Sequence record: DRR378314_1821
DNA length: 32,118 bases
Direction: 5' to 3' (one strand)
Positions 17,725 to 25,544 of the stretch are shown here, piece after piece (positions within the stretch are counted from its first letter, which is position 1; each line of letters begins with the position of its first letter). Made by a program: the position numbers and the translations under genes. The notes below the pieces were generated by a model. It worked only from the letters and a program-made list of their open reading frames with translations, was not told where the DNA came from and made no database searches.

Positions 17725-18183
17725 ATGAAATTTGATGAAATCGATACCAAACTTTTGGGATTGCTACAAAATGACAGTAAAAGGACTACCAAAGAATATG
17801 CCCTGCACTTAAATTTATCCGTTACCGCGGTATATGAACGAATAAAGAGGCTGGAGAAACTGGGAGTAATTACCAATTATGTGGCCCTGGTTGACAAAAA
17901 AAAGGTCAATAAGGCCTTTACGGTATTGTGTCATGTGAAATTGGTACAACATATTAAGGAATATGTTCTTCAATTTGAGCGGGAAGTACTTAAATTAAAT
18001 GAGGTTGCGGAATGTTATCACACCAGTGGGGATTATGATTATATCCTTAAAATATACGTGGCGGATATGGAAGAGTATAGAGAGTTCATGATTACCAAAC
18101 TCACGGCCATAAACCACATTGGAAGTACTCAAAGTTCCTTCGTCATCAATGAAGTAAAAAGTACTACGGAAGTATTTATTTAA
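17725..18183 (+). CDS. Lrp/AsnC family transcriptional regulator
   Basis: N-terminal HTH (LNLSVTAVYERIKRLEKLGVI) and RAM domain (ECYHTSGDYDYILK). Confidence 0.95.
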   Translation: MKFDEIDTKLLGLLQNDSKRTTKEYALHLNLSVTAVYERIKRLEKLGVITNYVALVDKKKVNKAFTVLCHVKLVQHIKEYVLQFEREVLKLNEVAECYHTSGDYDYILKIYVADMEEYREFMITKLTAINHIGSTQSSFVINEVKSTTEVFI

Positions 18184-18227
18184 CAAAAACAGTACATAAT
18201 ACGTTAATATCCCATCTAGTATGAATG

Positions 18228-18257
18228 TTGCCCAACAATAAAACATTCGTATTTTTG
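18228..18257 (+). promoter_or_regulatory. -33/-7 promoter for lpdA
   Basis: TTG at 18228-18230, 19-nt spacer, exact TATTTTTG at 18250-18257; ATG at 18300. Confidence 0.65.
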
Positions 18258-18299
18258 TATTCACATTAATGAAACTAATCTTTTCAATACAATAATAAT

Positions 18300-19706
18300 A
18301 TGACCCAATACGATGTAGCCATTATAGGCTCAGGTCCTGGTGGATATGTTGCAGCAATCCGTTGTGCCCAGTTAGGAATGAAAACTGCTATAATAGAAAA
18401 ATATTCAACTTTGGGCGGAACATGCCTTAATGTAGGATGTATTCCTTCCAAAGCTTTGTTGGACTCTTCCCACCATTACGAAGATGCGGTAAAGCATTTC
18501 GAAGATCACGGAATTGAAATTCCTGGGGAAATCAAGATCAACCTAGAGAAAATGATCGGAAGGAAACAGGCAGTGGTAGATCAGACCTGTGCCGGGGTAA
18601 AGTTCCTTATGGACAAGAATAAAATTGAGGTTTACGAAGGTCTTGGGAGTTTTAAGGATGCAACCCACATCAATATAAAAAAGAACGACGGCAAAACAGA
18701 GACCATTGAGGCAAAAAACATAATTATTGCCACAGGATCCAAGCCATCCAGCCTTCCCTTTATCAAATTGGACAAGGAGCGCGTTATAACTTCGACAGAA
18801 GCCCTAAAACTGAAGGAAATACCCAAACACCTTATAGTCATTGGCGGTGGCGTAATAGGATTGGAATTGGGACAGGTCTACAAAAGATTGGGGGCAGAGG
18901 TAACGGTAATCGAATTCATGGACCGTATTATTCCTGGAATGGATGGAGCACTTTCAAAAGAATTATTGAAAGTAATGAAGAAGCAAAAGGTAAAATTTAA
19001 TCTATCCCATAAAGTTAAATCGGTAGAGGTCAAAGGCAAGGAAGTAATTGTTATAGCGGAGGATAAAAAAGGCGAAGAGATAACTTTTAAAGGAGACTAC
19101 TGTTTGGTTTCTGTTGGAAGGAAGCCTTATACAGATGGATTGAACATTGAAGCTTCCGGAGTTAAACTGGAAAAGAACGGTACCATTGCCGTAAATGACC
19201 ATTTACAGACCAATGTATCCAATATTTATGCCTTAGGCGATGTGGTAAGGGGAGCCATGTTGGCTCATAAGGCTGAAGAGGAAGGAACCTTTGTAGCTGA
19301 AATTTTGGCCGGACAAAAACCACATATAGATTACAACTTAATTCCTGGTGTGGTATATACCTGGCCCGAAGTTGCAGCGGTAGGAAAAACCGAAGAGCAA
19401 CTTAAGGAGGCCGGAATAGCCTATAAAGTGGGTCAGTTTCCAATGCGCGCCTTGGGGCGGGCAAGGGCCAGTATGGATTTGGATGGTTTTGTCAAAATAT
19501 TGGCAGATAAAGAGACCGATGAAGTTTTGGGAGTTCATATGATCGGAGCCAGAATGGCCGATTTAATTGCCGAGGCAGTTACAGCAATGGAGTTTAGGGC
19601 ATCCGCCGAGGATATCTCCAGAATGAGCCACGCACACCCAACCTTTGCAGAGGCTGTGAAAGAGGCGGCTTTGGCGGCAACCGATAATAGAGCCCTACAT
19701 GTTTAG
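18300..19706 (+). CDS. lpdA: Dihydrolipoyl dehydrogenase (E3)
   Basis: GSGPGG, GGTCLNVGCIPSK redox disulfide, GGGVIGLE and HAHPTFAE motifs. Confidence 0.97.
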   Translation: MTQYDVAIIGSGPGGYVAAIRCAQLGMKTAIIEKYSTLGGTCLNVGCIPSKALLDSSHHYEDAVKHFEDHGIEIPGEIKINLEKMIGRKQAVVDQTCAGVKFLMDKNKIEVYEGLGSFKDATHINIKKNDGKTETIEAKNIIIATGSKPSSLPFIKLDKERVITSTEALKLKEIPKHLIVIGGGVIGLELGQVYKRLGAEVTVIEFMDRIIPGMDGALSKELLKVMKKQKVKFNLSHKVKSVEVKGKEVIVIAEDKKGEEITFKGDYCLVSVGRKPYTDGLNIEASGVKLEKNGTIAVNDHLQTNVSNIYALGDVVRGAMLAHKAEEEGTFVAEILAGQKPHIDYNLIPGVVYTWPEVAAVGKTEEQLKEAGIAYKVGQFPMRALGRARASMDLDGFVKILADKETDEVLGVHMIGARMADLIAEAVTAMEFRASAEDISRMSHAHPTFAEAVKEAALAATDNRALHV

Positions 19707-19724
19707 ATAATAAAAACAAGTTGG

Positions 19725-19771
19725 TAATAGAAGAGCCCCGTTAGACAAAATCTAACGGGGCTCTTCTATTA
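19725..19771. terminator. Bidirectional terminator / perfect 21-bp inverted repeat
   Basis: TAATAGAAGAGCCCCGTTAGA-CAAAA-TCTAACGGGGCTCTTCTATTA between convergent lpdA and the CDGSH gene. Confidence 0.85.
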
Positions 19772-19814
19772 ATACTAATTCCTTAAATATTGCTTATTGG
19801 GACACAAATTGTAT

Positions 19815-20051
19815 TTATAACTTATGGGTACCGTCGCAATAAGGTGGGTTTTTGGTTAACTTACAGGTACACAAATGGGCCCTTTTGTCCTCTACAGCTT
19901 CAAAAATTAAAGGGGGCGTAGCATTTTCGGCCTTGTGGGAACCATCACAAAAAGGTTGAACCTTGCTATGGCTACAAGTACACCACTTATATTTTTTATC
20001 CTTCTCCAATTCCACCGCAATTGGTGAAAATTTATTGTTCATCTCGCTCAT
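19815..20051 (-). CDS. Two-motif CDGSH iron-sulfur protein (CISD3/MiNT-like)
   Basis: WCTCSHSKVQPFCDGSH and LCTCKLTKNPPYCDGTH, two 3Cys-1His [2Fe-2S] motifs in 78 aa. Confidence 0.92.
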   Translation of the reverse strand: MSEMNNKFSPIAVELEKDKKYKWCTCSHSKVQPFCDGSHKAENATPPLIFEAVEDKRAHLCTCKLTKNPPYCDGTHKL

Positions 20052-20105
20052 TTATATTTTTTGTGCGAAAATAAGCGAAACGCAAATAGCAAAAAGATAT
20101 AACAT

Positions 20106-21305
20106 CTAATTTATTACCATTCTAAATAAGCGAATCAAAGTTAGCTTAGATTTAAGGACAAAGGCTTTTAGCAAGGGCTGACCTTCCTCGTTCAACCAGG
20201 CCTCTCCCTTTTGCTGAACCAACCTAACAGCTGATGACAATTGCAATTTTATATAAACTTTGTTCCTTTCATATTGTAGCGCCAACATTGTTGTGATCAC
20301 CATAAAGGCCAGGGCCCCAGGAATTACGATAGTAGGGGACAGGCTGTGGTTCAAGAAATAGTATAGCCCCAAACCTGTAAAACTTCCGTACAAAATAATA
20401 TAATGGATCACATAGATAGATAGGGTACTTTGTCCTATCTTAAGTACGCTACTATGGCTCATAAATTTTCTAAACAGCATAAATACGGCAAATACCAAAG
20501 AGACATCCCCCAACCGTATGAACAGATAGTTATTAAAATAAACTTTGGAAAATACCAGCATTCCGGTCCAGTTATATAACTTTAAAAAGAAGCCCGAAGA
20601 ATAAAACAATAAACCAATACCTACAATAATAAAACTGGCAATGGCAGCAGGATATAAATATTTAAAATTCTTGAATCTATTGAATAGTACGGACATAAAG
20701 GCCCCAATAGAAGCATACCCGAACCATGGTATTATTGTGAACACAGACCCGTTGGCCTTGGTCAGATAATTGGCCATCATCTCTGGCAGATAATGATGGG
20801 CATATTGTTTATAATTAGGTTCCAGTACAAATAATACTATGGTAGTGGCCAACAATACACCAGGAAACAAATATTTATTTCTAGAAATGGTAAGAAGATA
20901 AATACCAATAATTCCCAAAATAGAAAGACCTATACAATGTAGAACATCTACCAAATAAAAAGAACCATAAATCTGGCCCTTTAACAATCCAAAAAAGTTT
21001 AATCTAACCAAGTAGCCTATGGCCAATAACTGTAATCCCCTTTTAATTCCTTTTTTTACCCTTGGGTTATTAAAACCAATCTCATTACCTTTAATTAGGA
21101 GGTAAGTAAATATGAATCCGGAAACCGTAAAAAAGACTGGTCCGGTAACCCCCCTGAAATATTTCCAAACAGAATAAACCCCATTGGAATTATCCCTAAA
21201 TGCATTGTCCAGCAATCCATCCACGAAATGTCCCTGTAACATCATAAGGATGGCCCATGCCCTCATAGCATCAATAAAATACAATCTCAGGTTGTTATTC
21301 CCCAT
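20106..21305 (-). CDS. DUF1624 / heparan-alpha-glucosaminide N-acetyltransferase-like membrane acyltransferase
   Basis: RLYFIDAMRAWAILMMLQGH, VDVLHCIG, FTIIPWFGY and IGQSTLSIYVIH motifs. Start moved to ATG 21305 because an exact -7 element (21366-21373) lies inside the longer ORF. Confidence 0.8.
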   Translation of the reverse strand: MGNNNLRLYFIDAMRAWAILMMLQGHFVDGLLDNAFRDNSNGVYSVWKYFRGVTGPVFFTVSGFIFTYLLIKGNEIGFNNPRVKKGIKRGLQLLAIGYLVRLNFFGLLKGQIYGSFYLVDVLHCIGLSILGIIGIYLLTISRNKYLFPGVLLATTIVLFVLEPNYKQYAHHYLPEMMANYLTKANGSVFTIIPWFGYASIGAFMSVLFNRFKNFKYLYPAAIASFIIVGIGLLFYSSGFFLKLYNWTGMLVFSKVYFNNYLFIRLGDVSLVFAVFMLFRKFMSHSSVLKIGQSTLSIYVIHYIILYGSFTGLGLYYFLNHSLSPTIVIPGALAFMVITTMLALQYERNKVYIKLQLSSAVRLVQQKGEAWLNEEGQPLLKAFVLKSKLTLIRLFRMVIN

Positions 21306-21365
21306 ATTAACTTTTGTATACATCCTATATACTTGTAAAACAGTGGCTTTGGATGTTTTCGCGTG

Positions 21366-21373
21366 CAAAATTA
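21366..21373 (-). promoter_or_regulatory. -7 element (TAATTTTG) for the DUF1624 gene
   Basis: Exact TAnnTTTG about 60 nt upstream of ATG 21305, with a TTG upstream. Confidence 0.6.
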
Positions 21374-21439
21374 TGCAATTTCCTCGCAATTCAATCTATT
21401 TTACGGTATTTTCGTTGTGCAAACATTAAAATAATCAAG

Positions 21440-21973
21440 ATGTCCCATATACTGGCCTTTGCCGGAAGCAATTCCAGCACCTCCATCAATTATAAATTGG
21501 TAAAATATACCACATCCCTTATTACGGATCATGAGATTGAACTGATAAATATGGTGGACTATAATTTTCCTGTCTTTAGTGAGGATTTGGAAAGGGAAGA
21601 AGGATATTCTGATTTATTAAAAGAGCTAAAAGATAAAATAGTCAAAGCCAATGCCCTGATTATTTCCGTAAACGAACACAACAGCAATCCTTCCGCCTAT
21701 TTTAAGAACGTGTTGGATTGGTTATCCCGAGTGGATAGGAATTTCTTGGCGGACACAAAGATTTTGTTAATGTCCTGTTCTGGAGGCAGAAGGGGAGCTA
21801 TTGGCTCTTTAGAGGTAGTTAAGGGAATTTTAAATCGGTTTGGGGGCGAAATTACAGCTACCTTTTCTTTACCATCCTTTAATCATACCTTTGACAAGAC
21901 GAAGGGTATAACCGACCCTGAGCTTGCCGAAGGCCATAAAAAAGCTTTGGAAATATTCTTATCACAAATTTAA
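21440..21973 (+). CDS. NADPH-dependent FMN reductase (flavodoxin-like fold)
   Basis: ILAFAGSNSSTSIN and NEHNSNPSAYFKNVLDWLSR motifs; start moved to ATG 21440 (MSHILAF). Confidence 0.88.
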   Translation: MSHILAFAGSNSSTSINYKLVKYTTSLITDHEIELINMVDYNFPVFSEDLEREEGYSDLLKELKDKIVKANALIISVNEHNSNPSAYFKNVLDWLSRVDRNFLADTKILLMSCSGGRRGAIGSLEVVKGILNRFGGEITATFSLPSFNHTFDKTKGITDPELAEGHKKALEIFLSQI

Positions 21974-21979
21974 AAGTCT

Positions 21980-23281
21980 TTGCGAAAAAAGGTTTCATTT
22001 ACAGTTCCGGACATTGTAAGTTTTAAGCAATCCCTACTAAATTGGTCCCAACAATATTATGAGGTTGTTTGGCTGGACAGCAACGGGCATAAAAGCAAGT
22101 ACAGCTCATTTGATGGTATGATAGCCGTGGATGCACTTACGTCTATTGTAACGGATACCCAAAACGCCTTTGAAGATTTAAGTAACTACCAATCCAATAC
22201 CAAAGATTGGATTTTTGGCTACCTGTCCTATGACCTAAAAAATGATACGGAACTACTTTCTTCTTCCAATGCAGATAGTTTGAATTTTCCTCCACTATAT
22301 TTTTTTCAACCCAAAAAACTAATAGAAATAGAGGGTACAACAGTTACCTTCCATTACCTTAATATGGTGGCGGACGAAATTGAAGAAGATTTCAAGAACA
22401 TTCTTGAAGCACCCACACCATTTGCCCCGGAATTGGGAAATAAATCCGATATCAAAATTAAACTTAGAATATTTAAGGACGAATATTTTAGTCGCGTAAA
22501 TAAAATGCTGAACCATATCCATAGAGGGGATATCTATGAAGCCAACTTCTGCCAGGAATTTTATGCGGAAAATACAGAAATAGATGCTTTAAAAACTTAT
22601 CTAAAACTGAATTCCATAACCAGGGCTCCATTTTCAGCCTTTTTAAAAATAAACGATAAATATCTATTATCCTCATCCCCGGAGCGCTACATTAGAAAAT
22701 TGGGCAACAAGGTTATATCCCAGCCTATTAAGGGCACTGCAAAACGCTCATCTAACCCAATTGAGGACCAACTTTTGGTAAAAGCTTTGGAAAAGGACGA
22801 AAAGGAAAGGGCAGAAAATATTATGATCGTAGATTTGGTAAGGAACGATCTATCCAAAAGTGCTTTGAAAGGTTCTGTTGAAGTTGAAGAGCTTTGTAAG
22901 GTATATTCCTTTGATCAGGTGCACCAAATGATCTCCACTGTAACCGCCGAGGTTTCCAATACCAAAGATCCGGTGGATATTATCAAGGAAACATTTCCCA
23001 TGGGCAGTATGACCGGGGCTCCAAAAGTGTCTGCCATGCGGATCATAGAGGAGCTGGAAGCTTCCAAAAGAGGACTCTATTCCGGGACTGTGGGTTACTT
23101 TACCCCGGAAAACGATTTCGATTTTAACGTTGTAATCCGAAGTATTCTCTATAACCATACGGCCCAATATGTTTCATTTTCCGTAGGAAGTGCCATAACT
23201 GCCATGGCAATTCCAGAAAAGGAATATGAGGAATGCCTCCTTAAGGCCAAGGCCATGAGACAAGTGCTTGAAAATTTATAG
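21980..23281 (+). CDS. pabB: Aminodeoxychorismate synthase component I
   Basis: GDIYEANF, SSPERY, PabB-type PIKGT (TrpE has PIAGT), ENIMIVDLVRNDL and GSMTGAPK motifs; TTG start. Confidence 0.9.
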   Translation: MRKKVSFTVPDIVSFKQSLLNWSQQYYEVVWLDSNGHKSKYSSFDGMIAVDALTSIVTDTQNAFEDLSNYQSNTKDWIFGYLSYDLKNDTELLSSSNADSLNFPPLYFFQPKKLIEIEGTTVTFHYLNMVADEIEEDFKNILEAPTPFAPELGNKSDIKIKLRIFKDEYFSRVNKMLNHIHRGDIYEANFCQEFYAENTEIDALKTYLKLNSITRAPFSAFLKINDKYLLSSSPERYIRKLGNKVISQPIKGTAKRSSNPIEDQLLVKALEKDEKERAENIMIVDLVRNDLSKSALKGSVEVEELCKVYSFDQVHQMISTVTAEVSNTKDPVDIIKETFPMGSMTGAPKVSAMRIIEELEASKRGLYSGTVGYFTPENDFDFNVVIRSILYNHTAQYVSFSVGSAITAMAIPEKEYEECLLKAKAMRQVLENL

Positions 23282-23361
23282 GTCATTTGGTTATAATCAA
23301 TTTTCAATCTACCTTAAGCGTTTATAAATCTAGGTATACCTAATATTCTATATTTAAAACT

Positions 23362-24207
23362 ATGGATGTAAGAATGCTTGATCTTCAATATAAGAACATC
23401 CCTATTAATGCATGGTATGCCAGACCCAAAATAGTTAGAGGGAGCATTGTCTTGGTCCATGGATTTGGCGAACATTCGGGCCGCTATATGGAAGGCGTGA
23501 TCCCAAGACTTTTGGAGGAAAATTTGGCTGTCTTTTCTTATGACAATATAGGTCATGGTAAATCGGGCGGAAAAAGGGGACATTGCCCAAGTTATTCCAC
23601 ATTATTGGAATTATTGGACAATATTATTGCAAAGGCAAGATTGCTAAATCCCAATAAGCCAATATTCCTTTATGGACACAGTATGGGAGGAAATTTAGTG
23701 TTAAACTACGACCTTAGAATAAAATCGGATTTGGCGGGCATTGTGGCGACAAGTCCATATCTTAAATTGGCGTTCGCACCCCCTAAATGGAAAATGATCT
23801 TGGGCAAGCTTATGTTGAAAATAATTCCTTCCATTACAATGTCATCTGGCCTAAATCCCCAACATATCTCCAGAATAGACCAAGAGGTGGAGAAGTACAT
23901 TGCAGACCCTTTGGTTCATGATAGAGTAAGCCCCATGTATTCTTTTCCTATAATGGAAGCAGGGGAGTGGGCTATACAGAATGCCGACAAACTAAGGACC
24001 AAAACCCTTATACTGCACGGCACCGGAGATAAAATTATAGATTATAGGGCTACCGAAAAATTACACAACAACTCCAATTCTACCGAACTGCATTTAATAG
24101 AAGGTGGCTATCACGAATTACACAAGGACGTTGGAAGTAAAAATACTTTGGATATGATCGGCATTTGGTTAAGGAACAGCTTGGACCTCTTCTATTCACT
24201 AAAGTAG
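23362..24207 (+). CDS. Alpha/beta hydrolase, lysophospholipase / monoacylglycerol lipase family
   Basis: VHGFGEHSGRY, GHSMGG nucleophile, HGTGD and YHELH motifs. Confidence 0.9.
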   Translation: MDVRMLDLQYKNIPINAWYARPKIVRGSIVLVHGFGEHSGRYMEGVIPRLLEENLAVFSYDNIGHGKSGGKRGHCPSYSTLLELLDNIIAKARLLNPNKPIFLYGHSMGGNLVLNYDLRIKSDLAGIVATSPYLKLAFAPPKWKMILGKLMLKIIPSITMSSGLNPQHISRIDQEVEKYIADPLVHDRVSPMYSFPIMEAGEWAIQNADKLRTKTLILHGTGDKIIDYRATEKLHNNSNSTELHLIEGGYHELHKDVGSKNTLDMIGIWLRNSLDLFYSLK

Positions 24208-24235
24208 TTGCTATCATTTTTCTTATGTAAATTAG
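24208..24235 (+). promoter_or_regulatory. Candidate promoter for tilS (TTG-N17-TAAATTAG)
   Basis: One-mismatch -7 element at 24228-24235 ending 4 nt before the GTG start at 24240. Confidence 0.45.
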
Positions 24236-24239
24236 CCGT

Positions 24240-25544
24240 GTGTTAGAAAACTTTAGGAATCACATAGACCTGCACTTTCCCCATCTAAAAGAAGGTAAAT
24301 TTTTATTGGCCTGTAGTGGAGGTGTAGACAGTGTTGTTCTGGCTCATTTATCTGCTTCCTACGAGTTGGATTTTTCAATAGCGCATTGCAACTTCAAATT
24401 GCGCGGTGCGGAAAGTGATAAGGATGAAGAACTGGTCAGGAAATTGGCTATCGATCTGGGCAAGGAAATTTTTGTGACCAGTTTTGATACCCAAGGGTAT
24501 ATGGCCCAACATAAAACCAACTTGCAAATTGCTGCCCGGGAACTCCGGTATAATTGGTTTTCACAAATAATGACAACGCACCATATTAAAACCCTTGTCA
24601 CGGCCCATCACGCCGACGACAGTTTGGAAACTTTCCTTATCAACCTCTCAAGGGGAACGGGAATTGAAGGGCTCACCGGAATACCATCGCTTACCGATAC
24701 CATCTCCAGACCCTTATTACAATTTTCCAGAACCGAGATCAAAACATATGCGGAAGCAAACGCCATTTATTGGAGGGAGGATGCCAGTAATGAAAATACC
24801 AAATACTTAAGGAATAACATTAGGCATAATATTATTCCGAAGCTAAAGGAGCTCAATCCTAACTTTCTGGAAAATTTTTTAAAAACCCAGGAATACCTAG
24901 GGCAGACCCAAGAAATATCAAATCAACATATAGTCCAATTAAGAAAGCAACTTTTTTCAAAAGAGGGGAAGGTGGAAAAGGTAAAGGCAACCTCGCTATT
25001 GGCCCTTAAACCTACCAAAGCATATCTTTTTCATTTCTTTCGGGAATATGGATTTACACAATGGGATGACATTTATGGACTTCTAAGTGCCAACAGCGGA
25101 AAAGAAGTGCACTCCAATACCCATAGGTTACTGAAGGACAGGGACTTTTTGTTATTAAGACCAATAGCACTTAAAAACTCTGGGGTTTTTAATATTGAAG
25201 AGGGACAAGAGGCGGTATCAGAACCTATTTCCCTAAAATTTAACATTGTTGAAGCCATAAAGGAGACCTCTTCAAACATAATTTATGTAGATAAAGAAAC
25301 GTTAAAGTACCCTTTAACAGTCCGTAAATGCCAAAAAGGGGATTATTTTTACCCCCTTGGAATGTCCGGTAAGAAAAAAATATCCAAATACTTCAAGGAC
25401 GAGAAGATGGATATTTTTGCCAAGGAAAACCAATGGTTGTTGTGTTCTGGCGATAATACTGTCTGGATCATAGGAAAACGTGCCGACGACCGTTATAAAA
25501 TTACGGATAGGACCAAAGAAATTTTAAAGATTATTTTAGAATAA
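24240..25544 (+). CDS. tilS: tRNA(Ile)-lysidine synthetase
   Basis: SGGVDS PP-loop, AARELRY, TAHHADDSLET and EDASN...YLRNNIRH motifs. Confidence 0.95.
   Translation: MLENFRNHIDLHFPHLKEGKFLLACSGGVDSVVLAHLSASYELDFSIAHCNFKLRGAESDKDEELVRKLAIDLGKEIFVTSFDTQGYMAQHKTNLQIAARELRYNWFSQIMTTHHIKTLVTAHHADDSLETFLINLSRGTGIEGLTGIPSLTDTISRPLLQFSRTEIKTYAEANAIYWREDASNENTKYLRNNIRHNIIPKLKELNPNFLENFLKTQEYLGQTQEISNQHIVQLRKQLFSKEGKVEKVKATSLLALKPTKAYLFHFFREYGFTQWDDIYGLLSANSGKEVHSNTHRLLKDRDFLLLRPIALKNSGVFNIEEGQEAVSEPISLKFNIVEAIKETSSNIIYVDKETLKYPLTVRKCQKGDYFYPLGMSGKKKISKYFKDEKMDIFAKENQWLLCSGDNTVWIIGKRADDRYKITDRTKEILKIILE

Noticed and set aside
21306..21439. Apparent overlap of the divergent DUF1624 and FMN reductase ORFs
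   Set aside because: Artefact of longest-ORF calling; starts at 21305 (-) and 21440 (+) leave a normal divergent promoter region.
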